A DNA stretch of 64,000 nt from the IMG/VR virus record IMGVR_UViG_3300013289_000006. One strand, written 5' to 3'. Both the position numbers and the translations under genes were made by a program. Below are positions 43,415 to 52,741 of this stretch, piece after piece. Each line of letters opens with the position of its first letter. The stretch's first letter is position 1. The stretch is from a virus. The notes under the pieces are model-generated. The model was given only the letters and a program-made list of their open reading frames with translations. It made no database searches and was not told where the DNA came from.

Positions 43415-44407
43415 ATGAACAAGTTACTGAATACGCTTACGCGCCGCGCAGCTCGCCCCCGCCACGCCGAAGCTCAGGTTGACCTGAGCCAGCGCCGCGC
43501 GTGGCATGTGGAGACTGCACGGGCATTCGAAAACCTGACCGACATTGACCCGGTGCTGACTGAAATTTTCTTTCAGAACTACCGGCAGATCAGCCCGTCA
43601 CTGCTGGGGCCGGTGTACGGTGTACGCCGCAGCAGCAAGTCGAAGGAAACCACAGCGCGAGTGGGGAGCTTCGGCGACCCGAAGCCGTGGGATGGTCAGG
43701 TGCATTATGACGCCGCTGATCCGGATTACCAGATCGAGTGGACGCACACGACTTTGACCAATGGGTTCAAGGTGCAGAAGGAGCTGCTGGAGGATATGCA
43801 GTATCAAGGCATCTTCGACAGCGCCAGCAACCTCGGACAGTCGTTCAACCGCAAGGTGGTGAAGGACGAGGCGAGTGTGTTCAACAACGCCTTCAGCTCC
43901 AGCTACCTCGGCTATGACGGCGTGGCACTGTGCAGCGATTCGCACCCGCGCAGCAAGAGCGACGCGCAGCTAGTTGACAACTACCTCGGCACCAAGGCGC
44001 TGAACGAGGCGAACCTTGAAGAGGCGGTGGTGCAGCTCGAAGGCTTGGGCGACGACCGCGGCGAGCAGACGGTGGCGATGGCGACTCACCTCGTGGTGGG
44101 GCGGCAGCTCCGCATGACGGCGCTGAAGCTGACCGGCAGCCCGCAGGAACCGGAAACCGGCAACAACGCCATCAATACGCACACCGGGATCGTGCCGGTC
44201 ATTCACCCGTTGATCACGGGCAAGAAGTGGTTTGTGATCGACGCGGGCATGTCGGTGAAGTCGCTGCTGTGGTTCTGGCGCTTGAACGCGGAATTCGGCG
44301 TGGCGGACGACTTGGGCGGAACGCTGGTGCGCAGCTTCTATGCCCGTATGCGTTACAGCTTCGGCTGGCAGGACTTCCGCTGGGTGGTTGGCAGCAACCC
44401 CAGCTAA
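43415..44407 (+). CDS. Major capsid protein (copy 2)
   Basis: Same as 676..1668. Confidence 0.88.
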   Translation: MNKLLNTLTRRAARPRHAEAQVDLSQRRAWHVETARAFENLTDIDPVLTEIFFQNYRQISPSLLGPVYGVRRSSKSKETTARVGSFGDPKPWDGQVHYDAADPDYQIEWTHTTLTNGFKVQKELLEDMQYQGIFDSASNLGQSFNRKVVKDEASVFNNAFSSSYLGYDGVALCSDSHPRSKSDAQLVDNYLGTKALNEANLEEAVVQLEGLGDDRGEQTVAMATHLVVGRQLRMTALKLTGSPQEPETGNNAINTHTGIVPVIHPLITGKKWFVIDAGMSVKSLLWFWRLNAEFGVADDLGGTLVRSFYARMRYSFGWQDFRWVVGSNPS

Positions 44408-44484
44408 TCGCTTCTGATAAGTTCCATTCTATAGACTGAACGACCCTGTTTCGGCGGGGTCGTTTGATATGAGCGAGGTGAAAA

Positions 44485-45393
44485 ATGCTTACGAATTTTC
44501 CGAATGGGATCAGCAGCTTCGGCGTCCCCGTGATCGGCGGCGGTTCGTTGATTCCACCGACAACCGGCAAGTATGTCTTCGTCCACAGCGGGACGGGGAG
44601 CAACAACAACGAAGGCGACAGCCCCAGCGCGCCGATGGCGACGATTGACGGGGCGGTGGGCAAGTGTACGGCGAACGCGGGCGACATCATCATCGTCATG
44701 CCGGGACACGCGGAGAACATCAGCGCGGCGACCTCGCTGGTGGTGGATGTGGCGGGCGTGCAGATCATCGGGCTGGGGCACGGGCGCAACCGTCCGGTGC
44801 TGACCTACACGGCGACGGCGGGCACGATTGAGATGGACGCGGCCAACACGCGCCTTTCGAACGTGGTGCTGCGGGCGAGCGTGAGCGCGGTGGTGGTGGG
44901 CATCAATGTGGACGCGGACGGTGTGACGCTGGACAGCCTCGAATTCACGTTCGACGAAACCGGCGACGACTTCGTGACGATGGTCGATATTGACGCGGTG
45001 AACTTGGCGACGGTGCAGGGCTGCTACTTCCGCGCGGAGGAAACGGCGGGGGCAGCGGAGGCGATCCGGCTGGACGACTGCGACTATGTGCGCATCGTGG
45101 GCAACCAGTTCACGGGCATCTGGAGCGACGCGCCGATCATCGGTGAGGGCGCGGTGGGGGTGAGCCTGCTGATCGCGGATAACGTTATCTACAACGGCGA
45201 CACCACCGACCAGAACGGGATTGACCTGAACGTGGCCTTCACGGGATTGATCACCAACAACCGGATCGGGACGCTGTACGCGACGGGAATCGCGGGACTG
45301 CTCGACCCCGGATCGTGCCTGTGCAGCCAGAACTACGCGACCAACGCCATCGACGAAACCGGCGCGCTGGTTCCAGTGACGGCCTCGACCTAA
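44485..45393 (+). CDS. Beta-helix virion protein (copy 2)
   Basis: Same as 1746..2654. Confidence 0.7.
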   Translation: MLTNFPNGISSFGVPVIGGGSLIPPTTGKYVFVHSGTGSNNNEGDSPSAPMATIDGAVGKCTANAGDIIIVMPGHAENISAATSLVVDVAGVQIIGLGHGRNRPVLTYTATAGTIEMDAANTRLSNVVLRASVSAVVVGINVDADGVTLDSLEFTFDETGDDFVTMVDIDAVNLATVQGCYFRAEETAGAAEAIRLDDCDYVRIVGNQFTGIWSDAPIIGEGAVGVSLLIADNVIYNGDTTDQNGIDLNVAFTGLITNNRIGTLYATGIAGLLDPGSCLCSQNYATNAIDETGALVPVTAST

Positions 45394-45449
45394 TCCATAC
45401 CTGCCCTTCCACGCGGAGGGCAGCGATTTTTTACAGAGAGTGAGGGACT

Positions 45450-45833
45450 ATGGCAATCCATCGCGAAGTGATCACGGCAAGCGGGGCGGCGGGTGGCGCG
45501 GGGGCGGCGACGGCGACGGCGGTATCGTCGCGACCCATCGATGGGCGAATCATGGCGGTGCATGTGGCGTATCTGGAGAGTCCGCCGGGGGCGACGACGG
45601 ACGTGACGATACAAGAGGCGAACAACAGCCCGGCCATGCCGATCTTGACGATCGCGAACGCGGCGACGGACGCATGGTTTTACCCGATGGCACAGGCGGA
45701 CAACCAAGCAGGGGCGGACATCACCGGCATGGGCGCGCCCATCGCCGTGAATGATTATGTACGGGCGACCATCGCGCAAGCCAACGACGGCGACGGCGTG
45801 ACGGTGACGATTGTGTGGGACGACGGGCGATGA
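45450..45833 (+). CDS. Hypothetical virion protein (copy 2)
   Basis: Same as 2711..3094. Confidence 0.7.
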   Translation: MAIHREVITASGAAGGAGAATATAVSSRPIDGRIMAVHVAYLESPPGATTDVTIQEANNSPAMPILTIANAATDAWFYPMAQADNQAGADITGMGAPIAVNDYVRATIAQANDGDGVTVTIVWDDGR

Positions 45834-46198
45834 CGTTTACCTACGACCTCGAAGATCCGGATGACATCGCGCGGGTGCGGCGGCACTTGGGCGACACGGA
45901 CGAGCAGACGGCCATCTTCAGCGACGAGCAAATTCAGTTCGCGATTGATGAGGACGGCGGGGTGCAGGACGCGGTGATCGCGCTGATTGATGAGGTGATC
46001 GCCAAGTTGAGCCACGAGCCGGACATGACGGCGGACTGGCTGACGGTGAGCTGGCGGCGGAGCGCGGACGACTGGCTGAAGCTGCGGGCCAAGAAAGAGC
46101 AGCAGTTCGGGCGGGGGGCGGTGTTCAGCGGCGGCGGGCGACATGCGTACCGGCCTGACAGCGGGCAAAAAGAGACGCCGGATTACGGTGAAGAATAG
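45830..46198 (+). CDS. Head-tail adaptor (copy 2)
   Basis: Same as 3091..3459. Confidence 0.7.
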   Translation: MTFTYDLEDPDDIARVRRHLGDTDEQTAIFSDEQIQFAIDEDGGVQDAVIALIDEVIAKLSHEPDMTADWLTVSWRRSADDWLKLRAKKEQQFGRGAVFSGGGRHAYRPDSGQKETPDYGEE

Positions 46199-46223
46199 GG
46201 CTTATCGGAAGCGATGGTGAGGC

Positions 46224-46703
46224 ATGGCATGGTTTATCGTCCCGTACCGGCTGCGGCAGCGTGGTGAGCGCACCATACGATACTGCGCGATGGATGACTA
46301 CACCCGTGCCATCCAAGCGGAGAAAGGCGCGTGGGACGAGATCGAGATCGTCGGCAACATGGCGCTGGTGAAGGTGGACGCGCCCACGCCGGTGCTCAAC
46401 CAGATCCGGCGCGATCCGGACTTCTTCGAGATCGTGAACAACCTGCAAGACGCAGACCGGGACACGCTCAACGGCATCCGTGAGAAGATGCAATCCCTCG
46501 GCTACAGCGAAAAAGAAATCCAGACGACGCTGGGCGATGACCTGTCAGTGGTGACGCAGAAGCAGGTGGTCGAATTTTTCGCGCAACGATCCCAGCTTGG
46601 GTATTACGACGCGGCGCGGGGTGAGGTGGTGCTAGAGGAGCAAAAGGCAGCGACCAAGCCGGTTGACGAGGTTGAGAAGATCATCCGGGAGGCCAAGCGA
46701 TGA
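46224..46703 (+). CDS. Hypothetical protein (copy 2)
   Basis: Same as 3485..3964. Confidence 0.7.
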   Translation: MAWFIVPYRLRQRGERTIRYCAMDDYTRAIQAEKGAWDEIEIVGNMALVKVDAPTPVLNQIRRDPDFFEIVNNLQDADRDTLNGIREKMQSLGYSEKEIQTTLGDDLSVVTQKQVVEFFAQRSQLGYYDAARGEVVLEEQKAATKPVDEVEKIIREAKR

Positions 46704-49171
46704 CACCTACCGCTGGCCTAATCGACCAATTTAACCGGGCAAATGACAGCGTCCTCGGCACGGGCTGGACAGAGGGGGACATCCTCGGCATCAGCGGCAT
46801 CACGCTACAGGTCAACAGTAATCAGGCCAACAATGGCAGCGGGGCGACGAGCATTGCCCGCCGCAGCACGACCTATGGCCCGGACAGCGAATTTTACATG
46901 GACATCCCGACCCTGCCCGGCAACGGCGAGTGGATCGGGTTTTTCGTGCGCTGCACCCCCACGACCAACACCAATGGTTACGTCGTCGAAATTTACAACG
47001 ACGGCGGCAGTCAAGATATTTACATCTTTCGTGTTACATCCAACAGCAACACGCAGCTTGGCGCGGCGCTGACCAACGCGGCACAAGCCGGCGACTCGTT
47101 GATGATCCAAGCGGTGGGCAGTTCCATTAATATCGAGCGCCAGCGCAGCGGCACATGGTCGGTCATCGCCACCCGTACCGACAGCACCTACAACAGCGCC
47201 GGTTACATCGGCTTTTATGGCAACGGCACCACCTTCCGTCTCGACAACGCGGGCGGCGGGGATTACATCGCGCCCAGCGGCGGGACGGAATACACGCAGT
47301 CGGTGAGCGGGACGGTGACGGGCGGCGGGGCGGTGATCAAGCGGACGAATAAGGTGACGGCGGGCACGACGAGCGCGACGGGCGCGCTGGTGAAGCGGTT
47401 GGCGCGGACGCTGGGCGGGAGCGTGAGCTGGGTGGGCAGCTTGAGCAGCGCGCTCAATTTGATCGCCCAATACGCGCTGGAATTTTACGGCGACGACGGT
47501 GGCCAGAACTACAACAGCATGTCGATCCTGCTGGAGGACGGCGTAGACCCCTACCCGATCAACATGCCAGCCAACCAGACGATTGAGATGAAGTTCCGGG
47601 CGCTGGCGGCGGATAACACGGCGACGGCGGCGGACGCTCGCTATTCACACCCGCTGACGGACTGGGATAGCTGGGACGACACATGGGGGCGGGTGCTGGG
47701 ACTGTCGCGATCCGGGGCGAATCTGGTGCTGTGCTTCGGCGTGGCGGGGGTGAGCGGGACGTGGGCGACGATCTACGGGACGACGAACGTGGGGGACGGC
47801 GAGTGGCACGATGTGGCACTGACGTACAACCGGACGACGGGCGCGGTGGTGATCTGGCTGGACGGGGTGCAGGAGGCGAGCGGGACGTTCGACGCGCAGG
47901 ACTGGGATTATCCGGCGGGGTATGTGAACCCGGACGGGAGCTATAACAACCGCGCGGTGTTCATGAGGGAGAAGCACGGGGTGGGCGAGCTGACGGTGGG
48001 CGCGCTGGACGAGATCCGCTTCAGCAACATTATCCGCTACACGAGCAGTTATACACCGGCGGCGCGATTTGACATCGACGCGAACACGACGGGGCTGTAC
48101 CACTTGGACGAGGGCAGCGGCACGACTTCGGTGGACGCGACGGGCAACAACCCGGACGCGGTGCTGCATGTGGGCGGCACACCGGAGGGGCCGGTTTGGA
48201 TCAGCACGGCGACGGTGTTCACGCAGGTGCTGACGGCGACGGTGAGCGCGGCGGGAGCGGTGGCCAAGCAGACGCAGCGCGCGATCGCAGCGACGACGAG
48301 CGGGGCGGGCGCGCTGGTGAAGCAAGTGGCGCGGGCGCTGGGCGGGAGCATGAGCGGCGCGGGACTGCTGACGAACGTGCGGGTGTATGTGCTGGCGCTG
48401 GCGGGGAGCGTGACGGGGGCGGGCGCGCTGGCACGAGAGACGAGAAAGATGTTTATCGGAAGCAGTTCGGCGGCGGGGACGCTGGCCAGAGCGACGGCGC
48501 GGACGATCAGCGGGACGGTCACATCCGGCGGAGCGGTGGTCAAGCAGGCGCAGCGGGCGGTGAGCGGAACGGTCACATCCAGCGGGGCGGTGATCAAGCA
48601 GACGCAGCGCACGATGGCAGCAGCGGCGAGCGCTGCGGGCGCGCTGGTGAAGCAAGCGGCGCGGACGCTTGGTGGGAGCTTGACAGGCGCGGGACTGCTG
48701 GACGCTTCGTTGAACGCGGGCGCTTTTTTCGTCGAACTGATGGGCGGTGTGACAGGCACAGGCGCATTAGGGCGGCAGACGCAGCGGACGATTGATGGGA
48801 CGGCGAGCGGCGCGGGTGCGGTGAGCAGGCAGATCGGGCGGGGGCTGGCGGGGAGCATGACGGGCGCGGGCGCGTTAAGCGCGTCCCGACTGTATACCGT
48901 AATCGTAGCAGGCGCGGCCAGCGCGGCGGGGACGCTGACGCGGCAGACGAATAAGGCGCTGGCGGGGGTGATGAGCGGCGCGGGGACGATCAACCGGCAA
49001 GTGCGGCGGCTGCTGGCGGGGGCGAGCAGCCTGATCGGGGCGCTGGTGACGACGTTCGGCGGGGCGATCCAGCCGGGCAAGGCGAACGTGAGCGACCGGG
49101 CGACGGGAACGACGACGACACGTGACGCGGCACTCTATCAAGCGAGTGCTCATGACAGCATGGAGGAATAG
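46700..49171 (+). CDS. LamG-domain fibre/adhesin (copy 2)
   Basis: Same as 3961..6432. Confidence 0.75.
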   Translation: MTPTAGLIDQFNRANDSVLGTGWTEGDILGISGITLQVNSNQANNGSGATSIARRSTTYGPDSEFYMDIPTLPGNGEWIGFFVRCTPTTNTNGYVVEIYNDGGSQDIYIFRVTSNSNTQLGAALTNAAQAGDSLMIQAVGSSINIERQRSGTWSVIATRTDSTYNSAGYIGFYGNGTTFRLDNAGGGDYIAPSGGTEYTQSVSGTVTGGGAVIKRTNKVTAGTTSATGALVKRLARTLGGSVSWVGSLSSALNLIAQYALEFYGDDGGQNYNSMSILLEDGVDPYPINMPANQTIEMKFRALAADNTATAADARYSHPLTDWDSWDDTWGRVLGLSRSGANLVLCFGVAGVSGTWATIYGTTNVGDGEWHDVALTYNRTTGAVVIWLDGVQEASGTFDAQDWDYPAGYVNPDGSYNNRAVFMREKHGVGELTVGALDEIRFSNIIRYTSSYTPAARFDIDANTTGLYHLDEGSGTTSVDATGNNPDAVLHVGGTPEGPVWISTATVFTQVLTATVSAAGAVAKQTQRAIAATTSGAGALVKQVARALGGSMSGAGLLTNVRVYVLALAGSVTGAGALARETRKMFIGSSSAAGTLARATARTISGTVTSGGAVVKQAQRAVSGTVTSSGAVIKQTQRTMAAAASAAGALVKQAARTLGGSLTGAGLLDASLNAGAFFVELMGGVTGTGALGRQTQRTIDGTASGAGAVSRQIGRGLAGSMTGAGALSASRLYTVIVAGAASAAGTLTRQTNKALAGVMSGAGTINRQVRRLLAGASSLIGALVTTFGGAIQPGKANVSDRATGTTTTRDAALYQASAHDSMEE

Positions 49172-49174
49172 ATT

Positions 49175-49909
49175 ATGACGAGCGGATCACTGGGTGGTCA
49201 GGCCGGAGCCGGTGGCCAGTTGGACATTAAGGTTATCCGGGGCAAGGGCAGCGCGAAGAAGCGGCTGATGGTGTGGCTGCTGTCGCTGGTGTTGGTCCAG
49301 CACCTGCTGGGGCTATGGGAGCGGCGGGCGATCCTGCGCGAGCAGATCGGCTACCGGCTGAAGAATCAACTGCGCTGGCGCTTCATGGTGGCGGCATTCT
49401 GGTACCGGATGGCGTTCGTGTTCGGCAAGGTGACGCCGTTCACGGTGCTGGTGAGCGAGCTGCGCGGGGAGCTGATCCGCAAAGACGGGACGCGGATTGA
49501 TCTGGGCGTGCTGTGCTACCGCAATATCACCAACGTCTTTTTAGGGATGGTGGTGGACGATCTGGACAACGGCGCGGCGGACATCAGCGCGTTTAACTTC
49601 CACGGTGTGGGGACGGGGACGACAGCAGAGGCGGCCAGCCAGACGGCGCTGGTGACCGAATCGACGACGATCCTGACGACCAACAGTGTGCGGGCGACAG
49701 GGACACGCAGCCAGCCGACAGCGGTGCAGTACCGAACCGTGGGCACACCGGCCTTCGATGGCAGCGGGGCGATCACCGAACACGCCGTCTTCGACGATGT
49801 GGATGTAGCGCAGGGCAATATGATGGATCGCAGTTTGTTCAGCGCGATCAACGTGGTGGACGGCGACAGCATCCAGTTTACCTACACGCTGACGCTGGCG
49901 GGTGACTGA
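49175..49909 (+). CDS. Virion structural protein (copy 2)
   Basis: Same as 6436..7170. Confidence 0.6.
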   Translation: MTSGSLGGQAGAGGQLDIKVIRGKGSAKKRLMVWLLSLVLVQHLLGLWERRAILREQIGYRLKNQLRWRFMVAAFWYRMAFVFGKVTPFTVLVSELRGELIRKDGTRIDLGVLCYRNITNVFLGMVVDDLDNGAADISAFNFHGVGTGTTAEAASQTALVTESTTILTTNSVRATGTRSQPTAVQYRTVGTPAFDGSGAITEHAVFDDVDVAQGNMMDRSLFSAINVVDGDSIQFTYTLTLAGD

Positions 49910-50211
49910 TGGCTGAGTATCCGGTGGGCGCGCTGGTGCGGGTGGAGGCGAGCTTCGCAACGAGCGGGGGCGTGCCGGCTGATCCCACAGGGGTGACGCT
50001 GCGCTACCGGGTGGGCAGCGGAGCGGCGGTAGTGCTGGTGTATGGGACGGACGCGGCAGTGATCCGGGACAGCACGGGCAAGTATTACGTCGATCTGACG
50101 CTGACGAGCGCGATGGTAGGTAAGCTGGTCAAGTACCGGTGGGAGGCGACGGGGGCGGTGCAGGCGGCGAGCGAGAGCGAATTCCGCGTGGCCCCCAGCG
50201 CGTTTTATTAA
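49909..50211 (+). CDS. Hypothetical virion protein (copy 2)
   Basis: Same as 7170..7472. Confidence 0.65.
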   Translation: MAEYPVGALVRVEASFATSGGVPADPTGVTLRYRVGSGAAVVLVYGTDAAVIRDSTGKYYVDLTLTSAMVGKLVKYRWEATGAVQAASESEFRVAPSAFY

Positions 50212-50278
50212 GACACGAGAAGGCGCGTTATCGGAAGCGATGGCGCGATAGGCTGGACGGTGATGGGCGGAGGGTGTG

Positions 50279-50659
50279 ATGGCGTTGTTGAGTGACCGGA
50301 CAATCGCGATGGTGCGGCGGAACGTGAGCGCGATGCTGACGGAAAGGTGCACCATTGAACGCGAGAGCGGGGCGACCGATGACATGGGCGCGCCGCTGCA
50401 TGATTGGACGGTGGTTGCGAGCGATGTACCGTGTCGGGTGATCCGCGCGGGGCAGCGCAACAACAATTCAACCGAGATCATCGGCAGCCAAGAGGCATTG
50501 GTCGAAATGTACCGCTTGATCTGCCCGGTTGCGACTCCTTTCAAGACGGACGACCGGGTGAGGATGGCGGACGGGACGGTTTATCAAGTGGTCGCGCTGG
50601 ATGACCGTTTAACGGATCAGGCATTTGTGGCTGCGATCATCATGCGGGGGCGGGAGTAA
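50279..50659 (+). CDS. Head closure protein (copy 2)
   Basis: Same as 7540..7920. Confidence 0.7.
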   Translation: MALLSDRTIAMVRRNVSAMLTERCTIERESGATDDMGAPLHDWTVVASDVPCRVIRAGQRNNNSTEIIGSQEALVEMYRLICPVATPFKTDDRVRMADGTVYQVVALDDRLTDQAFVAAIIMRGRE

Positions 50660-50692
50660 TCCCTCCCCTACCCTCTGATAGCGAGGTGAGCG

Positions 50693-51112
50693 ATGGCGAA
50701 TGTCAATTGGAGCAAGGTGGACGTGACGGGGATTGATCGGCTGCTGGCACGGACGCCGGATAAGGTCGAGGAATTCCTTGACTGGATGGCGGAGTCGATG
50801 GTGACGGACATCACGCTGAGCTTCAACACATCACCCCCCGGCGAAGCCTATACGCGCGGCGGCGTGACGCATGTGGCCAGCCAGCCGGGATACCCACCGA
50901 ACATCGATATTGGTGACCTGAAGTCTTCGATCACATGGGAAAAGACAGCACCATTGGAGCGGACGATCAGCGACGGCGTGGAGTACGGAATCATGTTGGA
51001 GGATGGGACAGCCGATATGGAACCGCGTCCGTTCATCCAACCGGCATTCGACGAGGCGGCCAAGCGATTCGGTGAGGACGCAAAGCGCATCCTCAATCTG
51101 GAGCAGGCATGA
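50693..51112 (+). CDS. HK97 gp10-like protein (copy 2)
   Basis: Same as 7954..8373. Confidence 0.85.
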   Translation: MANVNWSKVDVTGIDRLLARTPDKVEEFLDWMAESMVTDITLSFNTSPPGEAYTRGGVTHVASQPGYPPNIDIGDLKSSITWEKTAPLERTISDGVEYGIMLEDGTADMEPRPFIQPAFDEAAKRFGEDAKRILNLEQA

Positions 51113-51543
51113 GCAGCGCCAGAGAAGCCGCATTCAAGGTGCTGTTCGCGCATCTGGTACACGCCTCGCCGCTGTGGGAGGGGCGGGTGCAGCCGCAAGC
51201 GGTGGCGAGCAGCGGGCTGCAAAGGCCGTATGTGCTGTTCTTCATGGCCAGCGGCGGACGCGCCCCCAGTGTGCCAAGCCGACACAAGGCGACGGTGGTG
51301 GTGTCGGTGAAGGGTGTGGCGAACGAGATGGCGACGGCGCTGGCGATTGAGGCGGAGATCACAGCGCTCTTGCACAACAGCGGGACGCAGGACATTGACC
51401 CGCGGCTGCCGAGCCATCCGGAGTGGGAGATTTTGACGGTGAGCGAAGATCGAGCAATCGATTTACACGAAAAATTTGCAGGTGCCCAAGATATTTATCA
51501 CGCCGGGCACCAATACAGATTGTTGATGGAGCGGAGGGCATAA
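51109..51543 (+). CDS. Tail terminator (copy 2)
   Basis: Same as 8370..8804. Confidence 0.7.
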   Translation: MSSAREAAFKVLFAHLVHASPLWEGRVQPQAVASSGLQRPYVLFFMASGGRAPSVPSRHKATVVVSVKGVANEMATALAIEAEITALLHNSGTQDIDPRLPSHPEWEILTVSEDRAIDLHEKFAGAQDIYHAGHQYRLLMERRA

Positions 51544-51965
51544 TGGCTGAGTACAGTGGTAATGATGTTTATCTGCGGATGAACGCCGTCAATATCGAAA
51601 CCTATTGGCGCGAGATGACGATGGACTTCGAAAGCGGCGAAGAAGATACATCCGCCGGGGCGGGAATCGATTGGTCGAAGTCGGCGGCGAAGCTGTCGAA
51701 GGTCAAGGCGAAGATTTCGATCATCCATGATGATGTGGTGGCGGCGGCGACGATGGCGGCGCTGTGGGAAGAGAACATGATCGTGGTGGTGGACTACGGG
51801 CCGGAAGGCAATGCGGCGGGGAAACCCCGGCACACGCAGAGCTTCAAGATCAACAGCATCAGCGGGCCGACGACCAAGCACGATAAGGCGCTGGTGATGT
51901 ACGAATTCGATATGGTGAGCACGGGCGTGCCAACCGCTAATCTGTACGCGGGCGCGACGTTCTAG
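51543..51965 (+). CDS. Major tail protein (copy 2)
   Basis: Same as 8804..9226. Confidence 0.7.
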   Translation: MAEYSGNDVYLRMNAVNIETYWREMTMDFESGEEDTSAGAGIDWSKSAAKLSKVKAKISIIHDDVVAAATMAALWEENMIVVVDYGPEGNAAGKPRHTQSFKINSISGPTTKHDKALVMYEFDMVSTGVPTANLYAGATF

Positions 51966-52023
51966 CATATCCCAAGATATATCGGTAATGTGCGCGTGAA
52001 GCGCACTTTTCAAATTCAGGAGT

Positions 52024-52431
52024 GTGAGGACGATGGGGACGAACGGGGAAAAGCAGGAGCGCCCGGTGTTTGACTTCAGCCGGGTGAGCAAGCAGTGGAA
52101 CAAAGAGTTCGGGTTGAGCGCCAGCCGGGCGAGCCGGGCGCAGAACACGCTGGGGCGACCCTACCCGGCGAACGGAGACGCGGCGGCGATTGAGGCGTAC
52201 TTCGCGGCGCAGGAGGCGGCGTTCACGGTGATCGAGGAGACGGGGGATGTGCAGGCGGGGCTGCTGGCGCAGGTGCTGGATTCAGTGCCGCGATCGTGGC
52301 TGCTGGCGAACGCTCCGGAGGAGATCGACTGGCATGATCCGCAGAGTTTGAATTACATCCAGAGTCACCGGTATATGGAACTGCTGGAGATGCTGCAAAA
52401 CGGCGAGGCGCGGCGCAACTCAAAAAACTAG
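52024..52431 (+). CDS. Tail assembly chaperone (copy 2; frameshift extension to 52637)
   Basis: Same as 9285..9692. Confidence 0.8.
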   Translation: MRTMGTNGEKQERPVFDFSRVSKQWNKEFGLSASRASRAQNTLGRPYPANGDAAAIEAYFAAQEAAFTVIEETGDVQAGLLAQVLDSVPRSWLLANAPEEIDWHDPQSLNYIQSHRYMELLEMLQNGEARRNSKN

Positions 52432-52741
52432 CAGAGGACTACGAGTGGGCGGCCAGAGCACCGGGGCTGCTGCGGTTCTACCCGGACGAGATCGAGCGGA
52501 TTGAGGACGCGGAGCTGATCTTGCGGGGGGTAGCGCCAAGTGAGATCGCTCGGATGTCCTTGCAACAACGACATGACGTGCTGGAGATCGCGGCGGTGCG
52601 GGACGCGCTGAAGTACGGCAAAGCGAAGAAGAAGTAAGTGAACCCCTGCCAGAGATGGCGGGGGTTTTTGTTTCCGTGCGTTGAAAGGCGAGGCGATTGG
52701 TAGGGTGATGGGTAGCGAGAAATACACTTATCGGAAGCATT

